This document shows positions 53,988 to 62,679 of a DNA stretch of 64,000 nt, in pieces. Each line of letters opens with the position of its first letter. Within the stretch, counting starts at the first letter, position 1. Position numbers and translations under genes: made by a program. Location of the stretch: the NCBI GenBank assembly GCA_038852285.1, contig JAWCKG010000005.1:16812-80811 (forward strand), written 5' to 3'. The notes below the pieces were generated by a model, which ran no database searches, was not told the DNA's origin, and saw only the letters and a program-made list of their open reading frames with translations. The stretch comes from Candidatus Bathyarchaeia archaeon (GTDB lineage Archaea > Thermoproteota > Bathyarchaeia > 40CM-2-53-6 > DTGE01).

Positions 53988-56702
53988 GTGGAGCTTATAC
54001 CCACATATTGCTACCAGTGCTATAATGGTCCAGACCCCATACTGGTAAAGGTGGAAGACGGTTTCGCCGTTGGAGTCGAGCCGAACTACGCCCTAGCCTC
54101 CAAACACCATTCTGGTGGGAGGGTTTGCTCAAACGCCTATGGATTGATTGAGAAACTATATAATCCGCACAGGGTGAAGACGCCTTTACTTAGAACGAAT
54201 CCGAACAAGGGGGGAAATGAAGACCCTGGTTGGAAGGAGATAAGCTGGGGCGAAGCCCTAGACATCTTAGCAGACAGGTTTCGGAAGGTGAAGGAGAAGG
54301 GAGGCGTGGACGAGAACGGATACCCGAGGATGGCTCTGACCCTAGGGGCCGCGGGCACTCCTGAGGGCCACTTCGGCCTGTTACCAACCTTTTTATCAAC
54401 GATGTTTAGGTGGGTGGGGCCTATGGACTTGACTATAGGAACCGGTCAAGGCGTAAAATGCTACCATTCAGAGCATGTATATGGTGAATTCTGGCATAGG
54501 GCCTTCATGGTTGTCGCCGATCTCCCCAGAACGAGATATTTAATCTCTTTTGGCCACAACGACGTTGGCTCCGACGGTGTCACCGCTTGGAGGTTGGCTC
54601 AGGCCAAGGAGGATGGGTTAAAAATCGTTAAGGTGGAGCCGCATCTTTCGGCCAGCGCGGCCTTCGCGGATAAGGTGGTTTTTATTAAGCCGAAAACGGA
54701 TGCCATGTTCCTCTTCTCCATGATACATGTGATTCTTCATGAAAATAACTGGCGGGAAGTTTGCGACCTAGAGTTCCTAAAGAAAATTACGAATAGCCCC
54801 TATTTGATAGGACCTAACGGATACTACATAAGAGATGTGGAAACAAGAAAGCCATTAGTATGGGATCCCGGTGACGTAAGAGCGAAACGTCACGACGACC
54901 CCTCAATTAAGGACTACGCGTTGGAGGGAAAATTTGAGGTAGGGGGAGTGGAGGTAGGACCTAACGGAGAGGTTTGGGAGCATGAAACCGTTGAATGTAA
55001 GCCCAGCTTTCAACTGCTTATGGCTCATGTGAAGGAGTATACGCCTGAATACGCAGAGAAAGTATGCGAGATTCCTAAAGGCACTGTGAGGGATGTAACT
55101 AAAGAGTTCCTTGAAAACGCATGCGTAGGAATGATGGTGGAGGTGAACGGAGAGAAGCTTCCTTACAGGCCTGTCGCCATAGAGTTGGGAAAGACCGTCA
55201 ATAACGGCCCCGGAGGATATGAAACCTGCTGGGCTCGAACGGTATTGCTTTCACTCGTCGGAGCGCTGGAAGTCCCAGGAGGAGCCATCGGCTCAGGAAG
55301 CAGGTTAAACCCTCCTTACGAGATGCGGTGGATGAGCGTAGAACCCGGCCCGGATGGCTTTATGCTTCAAAATCTAAATCCAACGGGCAAGGAGGAGTGG
55401 CCTCCAAAGGTGATGTTTAGAGGGCCCTTCACGGCGCTTTGCCCCATCATGGGATCCCGAGGATGGGCAAGCGGAATAGCCCCATTTACGCTGGCCTGGA
55501 TGTTCATGGATGAGACCCCTGAGGGCTGGCCTAATCCATCACCTCCCGACATCTGGATCATATACCGGGCAAACCCGCTCAGAACCCAGTGGGACCCAGG
55601 CCTCATGGAAAGGGTGGTGAAGAAGTGCCCGTTCATAACCCACATCACCTACATCATAGATGAGACAAGCTGGTACGCCGACCTGGTCCTACCCGACCAC
55701 ACAGACTTGGAAGGATACCAACTAACTCCAATCTTCTCCAAGCATTGGTATAGCCTGTGGGATCACTACGGCTACATCCTAAAGCAACCGGTCGTGAAGC
55801 CCATTCACAACACGATGGACATGACGGACATCATAGTCGAGTTAATGGACAGGTTGGGACTGCTGGTAGAGTTTAACTCTCGGGTTAACAGGGGGTCCGG
55901 CACTGGGATCCCACTAGCCGGCGGAAACTACGATTTTAGGCTGAAGGAGGATGAAAAACACGGTTCAGAGGAGATCTGGGATAGAATATGTAAAGCGGCT
56001 ACAGCGATGTTAAGCGACGGAAAAGAAACATACGGATTAGACTGGTTTAAGAAGAACAGCATTTATTTAAAGCCTTACCCAAAACCTGAGAAATACCTGT
56101 ATTACGTGTTAAAAAAGAAGGGCCTCAGGTTTGAGGTCCCCTATCAGGAAAGCGTCAAGAAAGTTGGAGCTGCGCTTAAAAATAGGCTCCATGAACGGGG
56201 GATTAAATGGTGGGATAGACAGCTTGAAGAATATCAAGCGCTACCGCGCGCGAAGGACTTTTCTAAGTTGTGGGATGAATACTACTTAAAGATTGGAGTG
56301 AACCCTGAAGACTTTGACATGTGGTTGATCGCCAGCAGAAGCCCCAACTTGGTGTGGACGGGCAATGTGTCAAACCGTAGGATGCTTAAAGCGGCGGCGA
56401 GGGCCTTAGACTTCGGAGGCGTTGTGATAAACAGGGAGGCGGCTGGTGAAAGGGGGATTGAACATGGAGACGCCGTCATCGTGGAGTCTCCCTTCGGGAA
56501 AAAGAAGAGTAGGGTGATCGTAAGGGAGGGACAAAGGCCAGATGTGGCCCTGCTCGTCGGCCAGCTCGGCCAATGGGTAGCCCCATACGCTAAGGATGTA
56601 CCCGCACCGAATGTAAGCGACTTCGTCAAGCTTGACCTAGACATTCTAGACGCTGGAGGGTCCTCATGCGACCTGACTCGAGTAAGAATCTATAAGGCAT
56701 AA
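53988..56702 (+). CDS. padB: Molybdopterin oxidoreductase, phenylacetyl-CoA:acceptor oxidoreductase large subunit-like
   Basis: 'PTYCYQC..GPD...VKVEDG...EPN', 'YNPHR', 'RTNP.KG..EDPG', 'GQGVKC.HSEH.YGEFWHRAF', 'LGKTVNNG.GG' match my recollection of PadB from Thauera/Aromatoleum. No Tat signal peptide. Confidence 0.8.
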   Translation: MELIPTYCYQCYNGPDPILVKVEDGFAVGVEPNYALASKHHSGGRVCSNAYGLIEKLYNPHRVKTPLLRTNPNKGGNEDPGWKEISWGEALDILADRFRKVKEKGGVDENGYPRMALTLGAAGTPEGHFGLLPTFLSTMFRWVGPMDLTIGTGQGVKCYHSEHVYGEFWHRAFMVVADLPRTRYLISFGHNDVGSDGVTAWRLAQAKEDGLKIVKVEPHLSASAAFADKVVFIKPKTDAMFLFSMIHVILHENNWREVCDLEFLKKITNSPYLIGPNGYYIRDVETRKPLVWDPGDVRAKRHDDPSIKDYALEGKFEVGGVEVGPNGEVWEHETVECKPSFQLLMAHVKEYTPEYAEKVCEIPKGTVRDVTKEFLENACVGMMVEVNGEKLPYRPVAIELGKTVNNGPGGYETCWARTVLLSLVGALEVPGGAIGSGSRLNPPYEMRWMSVEPGPDGFMLQNLNPTGKEEWPPKVMFRGPFTALCPIMGSRGWASGIAPFTLAWMFMDETPEGWPNPSPPDIWIIYRANPLRTQWDPGLMERVVKKCPFITHITYIIDETSWYADLVLPDHTDLEGYQLTPIFSKHWYSLWDHYGYILKQPVVKPIHNTMDMTDIIVELMDRLGLLVEFNSRVNRGSGTGIPLAGGNYDFRLKEDEKHGSEEIWDRICKAATAMLSDGKETYGLDWFKKNSIYLKPYPKPEKYLYYVLKKKGLRFEVPYQESVKKVGAALKNRLHERGIKWWDRQLEEYQALPRAKDFSKLWDEYYLKIGVNPEDFDMWLIASRSPNLVWTGNVSNRRMLKAAARALDFGGVVINREAAGERGIEHGDAVIVESPFGKKKSRVIVREGQRPDVALLVGQLGQWVAPYAKDVPAPNVSDFVKLDLDILDAGGSSCDLTRVRIYKA

Positions 56703-56715
56703 AGAGGGCGACGAC

Positions 56716-57363
56716 ATGACGCATTGGGGGATGGTGATAGACCTAGGGAAATGCATCGGCTGCATGACATGTACAGTCGCGTGTGAATGCGAAAACTTCC
56801 TTCCTTATGGACTCTCATGGGCGAAGGTTGCGGATTTCGAAGATGGAAAATACCCCGCGGTTAAAAGAACGTTCCTTCCAACGCTATGCATGCATTGTGA
56901 TGAAGCTCCCTGTGTGAAGACGTGCCCCACTGAGGCTACGATGAGGCGTGAAGACGGAGTCGTCATAACCGACTATGACAAATGCATCGGCTGCAGGCTC
57001 TGCATGATCGCTTGCCCCTACGATTCCCGCTCATACGTGGAGAAACTAGAGCTACCTTTGCCGTTATCTTTAATGAAAAAAGAGGTTAGGTCCAAGTATC
57101 AGCTCATAAAAGATCAAACGGCGTCAAAATGCACCTTCTGCGCCCACAGAATAGACAAGGCGAAGGAAACAGGCAAAACACCTGGCAAGGATCCTGAAGT
57201 AACACCGATATGCGTAAACACCTGCGTAGGAAACGCCAGGTATTTCGGAGACCTAGAAAACCCGGAAAGCGAGGTTTCAAAGCTCGCGAAAAGCGACAGA
57301 GCCTTCGTGCTTTACGAGGAAGCAAAAACCCGTCCTTCCGTATACTACTTAAAGAGGAGGTGA
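56716..57363 (+). CDS. padC: Four-cluster Fe-S subunit (DmsB/NrfC fold), PadC-like
   Basis: 'CIGCMTC...C', 'CMHCDEAPCVKTCP', 'CIGCRLCMIACPY', 'KCTFC', 'P.CV..C...ARYFGDL'. Confidence 0.8.
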   Translation: MTHWGMVIDLGKCIGCMTCTVACECENFLPYGLSWAKVADFEDGKYPAVKRTFLPTLCMHCDEAPCVKTCPTEATMRREDGVVITDYDKCIGCRLCMIACPYDSRSYVEKLELPLPLSLMKKEVRSKYQLIKDQTASKCTFCAHRIDKAKETGKTPGKDPEVTPICVNTCVGNARYFGDLENPESEVSKLAKSDRAFVLYEEAKTRPSVYYLKRR

Positions 57364-57372
57364 TCGACATCC

Positions 57373-59343
57373 TTGAAGGAGCAGCGAATACCGGTGGAGG
57401 TCGTTAACCCCGTCGGATATAAAATACCTGAAATATTATATGATCTTCGCCAACGACCTCTGGAGTTCAACCTGGAGGAGCTTAAGAAGAGGCTACGCAG
57501 CATCCGCAAGTATACTGTCGACAACTTGGACTCACTACTCCAGCGTTTAGAGAGGTCTTTGAAACGATACCCGGAGGTCAGTCTCATCTATGCCCGCGAC
57601 GCTGAGGAGGCGGTGGAAGCTTTGAAGAATGTATGCGGATCGATTAGAAGGCTTTCGGTAAATAAGTCAAACACTGTGGAGGAGTTGAGGAAACCGTTAG
57701 CCGAGCAGGGCTTCGAAATCGAAGAAACATATTATCAACAATTTGAGGACTTCACACCTGTTAAGGAGAGGAAGCCCTACTGGCAGATGCCGGAGGTTCC
57801 CTCAGAGGTTAAGTGGAGGTCGTTTACCTCCAACCCATTTCGATGGGAAGTGAATAGTGGAGGGTTAAGTGAAAGCGGTAGGGTCATCCTGTTCGGCATT
57901 AACGCCATCTCAGCCGAGGACGGCACAATATTCTTCTTAGAGCATTCAAGAAACATTTCGGGAGGACTGCGCGAAGCATCACATATGATATTTTTAGTTG
58001 GCCTGGAGAAGGTGGTGCGCAACCGAGAAGACGGAGTTTTTCAAACTCGATCTGCAGGTTTATTTGGCTTTGAAGGCATTACGTCTGAGTTGAAGCTCCA
58101 AGGCGCGGAGCGTGAGCCACTATACGAGAGCCGAGGGCAGGCCTTGAACCCAAGAATCTCCATCATCCTACTGGATAATGGGAGAAGGGCCATTCAGAAA
58201 AGAGAAGACCTCAGAGAATTGCTTTACTGTATTGGTTGCCGGACATGCAACGCCGTGTGTCCATTCTCTTATTCTTCCATGCGCGCAGGGGAATGGACGA
58301 AAGGACCTAGAAACTGGATTAAAATGTTTAGGGAGACGTTCATGCAGGAGGCGCGGACTAACGCAGAAATGGTTTGGGATTGCACGACCTGTAAGTCATG
58401 TGAGGCGCATTGTCCACTTGAAATAGGGCAGGTCTATAAGTTCATTAAGATGAGGGAACAATTGGTCGAGGAGGGGAGGGGGCCTCTACCTCAACATGTC
58501 CGCTTCGGCGAAAGTGTGAAGGCGAACTACAATCCGTACCGAGAGCCGCATAGTGAAAGGTTCGCGTGGCTTAACGAGACCTTAAAGCGAAAGGCTGAAA
58601 CAGTGTACTTCGCGGGTTGCACCGCATGTTACAGGGAAAAGTCCATCGCTGAATCTACTGTTAAAATTTTGAATTCTCTTAACATAAACTTCGGCGTTCT
58701 CGGAGAACAGGAGTGGTGTTGTGGTTCACCTCTACTGCGAACTGGTCAAAGAAGGCTAGCCCTCGAAGTGGCTAAACACAACGTCAACTCGATAGTGGAA
58801 AGTGGAGCGAAAAGAGTTGTTACGTCTTGCGCTGGATGCTATGTAACTATGAAAGAAGACTATGAGAGGCTGCTCGGCCTCAAGCCTGATTTCGATGTGT
58901 TACATATCTCGGAGCTTCTATACTCACTCTTGGAAATGGGGAACCTAACGTTTAAAAAGGGATTAAACATGGTCGCAACCTACCATGACCCATGCCACTT
59001 AAGCAGAAGCCGAGCAGTATTCCTACCTGAGCCGGAAAGGCATAGGGTTTATGAGCCCCCAAGACGGGTTCTCCAAGCCATACCGGAATTGAAGTTTGTT
59101 GAAATGCTAAGAAGCCGAGACCATGCATGGTGCTGTGGCGCGGGAGGGGGCGTTAAAGCAGCCTCCCCAGACGTGGCGGTGTGGATGGCAACTGAGAGGA
59201 TTAAAGAGGCGGAAGAGGCCAAGGCTCAGGTAATGGTAACCGCCTGCCCATTCTGCGTGCGAAACCTGCGAGACGCTACGGTGGCGGCTAACAAACCAGT
59301 CAGGGTATTCGACCTGACAGAACTCGTATCTCAAGCCTTATAG
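57373..59343 (+). CDS. LUD (LutB-like) domain fused to 2x[4Fe-4S] and two CCG (HdrD-like) domains
   Basis: 'NKSNTVEE', 'GINAISAEDG', 'LDNGR', 'CIGCRTCNAVCP', 'CTTCKSCEAHCP', 'WCCGS', 'YHDPCHL', 'WCCGAGGG', 'ACPFC'. Confidence 0.88.
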   Translation: MKEQRIPVEVVNPVGYKIPEILYDLRQRPLEFNLEELKKRLRSIRKYTVDNLDSLLQRLERSLKRYPEVSLIYARDAEEAVEALKNVCGSIRRLSVNKSNTVEELRKPLAEQGFEIEETYYQQFEDFTPVKERKPYWQMPEVPSEVKWRSFTSNPFRWEVNSGGLSESGRVILFGINAISAEDGTIFFLEHSRNISGGLREASHMIFLVGLEKVVRNREDGVFQTRSAGLFGFEGITSELKLQGAEREPLYESRGQALNPRISIILLDNGRRAIQKREDLRELLYCIGCRTCNAVCPFSYSSMRAGEWTKGPRNWIKMFRETFMQEARTNAEMVWDCTTCKSCEAHCPLEIGQVYKFIKMREQLVEEGRGPLPQHVRFGESVKANYNPYREPHSERFAWLNETLKRKAETVYFAGCTACYREKSIAESTVKILNSLNINFGVLGEQEWCCGSPLLRTGQRRLALEVAKHNVNSIVESGAKRVVTSCAGCYVTMKEDYERLLGLKPDFDVLHISELLYSLLEMGNLTFKKGLNMVATYHDPCHLSRSRAVFLPEPERHRVYEPPRRVLQAIPELKFVEMLRSRDHAWCCGAGGGVKAASPDVAVWMATERIKEAEEAKAQVMVTACPFCVRNLRDATVAANKPVRVFDLTELVSQAL

Positions 59344-59386
59344 GCTCCTCGAGGAGTAATGGTAGCGTCATCTGCTCGGCCAACTG

Positions 59387-59424
59387 TTTTACGTTGAAAA
59401 TTAATTTTTACGTTGAAAATTAAT
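59387..59424. repeat. Perfect 19-bp tandem duplication
   Basis: TTTTACGTTGAAAATTAAT x2. Confidence 0.85.
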
Positions 59425-59491
59425 TAATGAGTGACGAGGCCTCATAAGGGGGCGTTCAACGATTTTTTTTAGAAGGTGCTCCCTTGTCGGG

Positions 59492-59533
59492 GATTGTGAA
59501 GAATGATTAAATGATTGTGAAGAATGATTAAAT
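59492..59533. repeat. Perfect 21-bp tandem duplication
   Basis: GATTGTGAAGAATGATTAAAT x2. Confidence 0.85.
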
Positions 59534-59583
59534 AGATCTCGACGGATCCCTTACGGGTTCAAAATTCATATTCTCGCCAACGA

Positions 59584-60034
59584 TTATCGTCGGTCAACGA
59601 CGAAATATTTGTTACCTTTCTTAACGACCTTATGACCTCCCTGCTTCAGAAACCTCATCTGCGATTCAGCTCCTCTAGGATACTTTTCGTTTATCACGCC
59701 GCCAATTTTGAGGGTACGCCAATAAGGCGCGAGGTCCCATTCACCCATTTCGCTTCTCCTTCAGCGGCGCGGGCCGCTCTCCAAGCGAAAACACCTATGG
59801 GTAAAGAACAGCCGATCGTTGCGTTGTGTTTTTCTAGCTAGGATTGCTCGAATCACGCTAACCGTGGTGATTCTACTCCCATGGCATTTTTTCATCAACT
59901 TGTCAGCTTCAATGGGCGCTGGAATAACAACAGTGCTGATCCCGTCTTCTCGTTATCTTCCCTGAAATTTTCTCAACTCTTGGCAAATCCTTGCTGTTCC
60001 TTAATTTTTCACGCCAACTTTTTATCTTCACCAT
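59584..60034 (-). pseudogene. MGMT/alkyltransferase-like DNA-binding protein pseudogene
   Basis: Frameshifted pieces: 'MVKIKSWREKLRNSKDLPRV', 'TVVIPAPIEADKLMKK', 'KHNATIGC...GVFAW', 'APYWRTLKIGGVINEKYP', 'GHKVVKKGNKYFV'. Confidence 0.75.
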
Positions 60035-60272
60035 CCTACCCACATTCAAGATGATTAACCTCATTTTCATTTATATGAGTCACTAATAGAGAGAGTGAGA
60101 GGGGACGAATTCAACTTAACGCAAATATGGTGAACAGATGTTTAGATGGAGGCTATTCGATGATGAAAATGGGTGTAAAGCGTTGGGGTTCGCTGGCGGG
60201 TTTAATAAGCCAATGTCCTATCCCCTAATACGTTTTTCGAAAAATCCATCGAAAATTTGATGGGTCTCTCCC

Positions 60273-60674
60273 TTACTTTAGCGGCACATACATGCTGGAT
60301 CTTGACGCTCCGATTCCTGGGGTTCCATGGACCACCTTTTTGATCGGCGAAGAGAACTCGCCGAGGTAATGGCCCACCATCTCCGGCCTAATCTTTACTG
60401 GGAGAAATTCTTTTCCGTTATACACAAGAATGGTGAGGCCCACCATTTCAGGTAGGATGACCATGTCCCTGCAGTGGGTTTTTAAAACGTTTTTCCCTCC
60501 TTCCTCGCCTTTCTTCAGGTTTCTTAAATTTTCCAGGAGGACTTTCTGTTGCGGGGTCAGCCCTCTGAGAAGGGACCTCCTCTGTCTTGAAGGGAGAAGC
60601 TTGATGAACTCATCCATGGAAAGCTGTTTCAACTGTTCCAATGTATATCCACGGTACATGAATTCCTTAGGCAT
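60273..60674 (-). CDS. rps19: 30S ribosomal protein uS19 (archaeal)
   Basis: 'F.YRG', '[15 protein letters not shown]', 'GHYLGEF', '[17 protein letters not shown]'. Confidence 0.97.
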   Translation of the reverse strand: MPKEFMYRGYTLEQLKQLSMDEFIKLLPSRQRRSLLRGLTPQQKVLLENLRNLKKGEEGGKNVLKTHCRDMVILPEMVGLTILVYNGKEFLPVKIRPEMVGHYLGEFSSPIKKVVHGTPGIGASRSSMYVPLK

Positions 60675-60741
60675 TTAACGCCACCGCCGCGATATGATTT
60701 CCTTATCCTACAGTTTCTTGGTGAAAACCTTCTATTTAACC

Positions 60742-61470
60742 TCAGCGTTTAGTTCTTCCTGTTCTCTTGGCGGCGATCAACCCCACCTTACGTCCCGGAG
60801 GGGCGTGTCTTGAGATGGTGGTTGGCTTGCCTGGATGTCTATGTCTCCCGCCGCCAAATGGGTGGGAGGCGGCGTTCATCGCCTGTCCCCTGACCCTTGG
60901 CCAGGTTCCGCTTCTCGCCCTCATCTTATAATGGTTTTTGCCGGCTTTAAGTAGGGGTTTCTCGAGCCTTCCGGAGCCCGCGACAACCCCAACTGTGGCC
61001 TTGCATCGATCATCTAAGTAAACGGTTTTTCCAGAAGGTAGCTTAACCTGTGTGCCCGCCGGTGTGTGGGCTACCACCATGCAGTAGGCTCCTGAGCTCC
61101 TAGCGATCCTTCCACCGTCGCCGGGCTTTAACTCGACATTGCACACCAAGGTGCCCTCGGGAATCGAACCTAACGTCAAGATACTTCCGATCGTGGGGGC
61201 TGCGTCTCCGCCCACGGCCACCTCGTCTCCCAGGCCTAGGCCCTCTGGTGAGGGAAGGTAGAAGCTTCCCTTCCCATATAAATCGATCAACGCTAGAGGC
61301 GCTCCCCTACCGGGGTCATGGGTTAAGCCCTTCACCACTCCTCTCAGACCCGTCCTCCATGAGGTTTCATCCAGAGTCGGGTAGGAGGAGCTCGCGACCC
61401 TTCGATGTGTAGGGGAGGTGAACACGGATCCACCTCTGCCCCTCCTTCTTGCGATGATTCTTTTTCCCAT
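60742..61470 (-). CDS. rpl2: 50S ribosomal protein uL2 (archaeal)
   Basis: 'MGKRI..RRRGRG', 'HDPGRGAP', 'PGDGG.IARSSG', 'WPRVRG.AMN...HPFGGG', 'PPGRKVG'. Confidence 0.97.
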   Translation of the reverse strand: MGKRIIARRRGRGGSVFTSPTHRRVASSSYPTLDETSWRTGLRGVVKGLTHDPGRGAPLALIDLYGKGSFYLPSPEGLGLGDEVAVGGDAAPTIGSILTLGSIPEGTLVCNVELKPGDGGRIARSSGAYCMVVAHTPAGTQVKLPSGKTVYLDDRCKATVGVVAGSGRLEKPLLKAGKNHYKMRARSGTWPRVRGQAMNAASHPFGGGRHRHPGKPTTISRHAPPGRKVGLIAAKRTGRTKR

Positions 61471-61586
61471 TTCTTCCTACCGCCTAAACTTAGCCTTAGA
61501 CACCCTGTTACTCAGACTCTTTAACTTTTTCTTTCACCAACCCCAATATTTCTTCATATAGGTATTTCATTTGGAGGACGGTTGAC

Positions 61587-62678
61587 TTGAACGTTTTAGA
61601 CCAACTGGAAACAGTTAAAGGGGTGGATAGGTTTGATATGTTAGGCAAGTTAAGGGAGATCCCACGCTACATTCCGGAAACTTTAACACGGCTCTCCAAG
61701 CTTAAGTTGAAGGCTTACGGCTTAAAATACAGTGCCGTGGTCATAGGAGGTCTAGGCGGGTCCGCAATAGGCGGGGATGTTCTCAGGGACTGGCTGAGCG
61801 GAGATATTGACGTACCCATCGTAGTGAACCGTGGTTACGGATTACCCGCCTTCGTTAATGAAAGAACTCTCTTCCTAGCTGTCAGTTATTCAGGCAACAC
61901 GTTTGAAACCCTAACCCAATTCGATGAGGCTTTAAAAAGGCGATGCGCGTTGTACGCGATTACCTCCGGCGGGCAGCTGGAGAAGAGGTGCCTCAGCTTT
62001 CATGTCCCCCTTCTGAAGGTTCCAGCCGGTCTTCCCCCGAGAATCGCCCTACCCCATCTCTTCGCTTCACTAGGGTATGTAATGTTACTGGAGGGTTTCC
62101 TCAAAGGGCTCGCCGACCTCGAGAAGGCCTCCCAAGCGATGATGAAGCTTGAGGAAAAGATCGGAATACACGTACCTTCGGAGTCAAACCCCTGCAAGAA
62201 GCTGGCTTTGAGCCTTGATGGAAAACTGCCTGTGATACTGGGGTTGGACCGCTTCTCCAGTGTAGCTCGAAGGTTCAAAACCCAGCTTAACGAGAACTGT
62301 AAGGTCCAAGCCCGGTACGAGTTAATTCCAGAGCTCTGCCACAACGAAGTCGAAAGCTTCAGGCCCACAACGGGAAAATTAGCCTCGGATTCCCCGTTCG
62401 CGTATTTTTTGATGAGAAGCGAGGCTGAAAGCGGAGTTGAGTCCGCTGTCTTCGAGGTAATAAAGGAAAAGCTAAACCGCATGGGAGTAAAGGATGTTCA
62501 CGAGATATGGGGGGTCGGCGGCCTCTTAGAAAGCCTGTTAACATCCATTTACACCGTTGACTACTTAACCTGCTATTTGGCGATTCTGAGGGGGGTCGAC
62601 CCAACCCCGGTGGAGTCCATCGAGGAGTTTAAGGTCTCCTTTAAAGAGAGGCTTCGGAGAAGCCATCAACCACCTTAA
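61587..62678 (+). CDS. Bifunctional phosphoglucose/phosphomannose isomerase
   Basis: SIS motifs 'GLGGSAIGG', 'SYSGNT.ET', 'TSGG', 'PPR.A', 'R.KTQLNEN.K', 'PELCHNE', 'DPTPV'. Confidence 0.92.
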   Translation: MNVLDQLETVKGVDRFDMLGKLREIPRYIPETLTRLSKLKLKAYGLKYSAVVIGGLGGSAIGGDVLRDWLSGDIDVPIVVNRGYGLPAFVNERTLFLAVSYSGNTFETLTQFDEALKRRCALYAITSGGQLEKRCLSFHVPLLKVPAGLPPRIALPHLFASLGYVMLLEGFLKGLADLEKASQAMMKLEEKIGIHVPSESNPCKKLALSLDGKLPVILGLDRFSSVARRFKTQLNENCKVQARYELIPELCHNEVESFRPTTGKLASDSPFAYFLMRSEAESGVESAVFEVIKEKLNRMGVKDVHEIWGVGGLLESLLTSIYTVDYLTCYLAILRGVDPTPVESIEEFKVSFKERLRRSHQPP

Positions 62679-62679
62679 C

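Noticed and set aside
59387..59533. CRISPR array
   Set aside because: Only two adjacent copies of each unit, no spacers, and no cas genes.
59545..59580. Degenerate tRNA 3'-end copy (attR) 'ACGGGTTCAAAATTCATATTCTCGCCA'
   Set aside because: Similarity to the tRNA-Leu 3' end is too weak, the T-stem does not pair, and there is no integrase.
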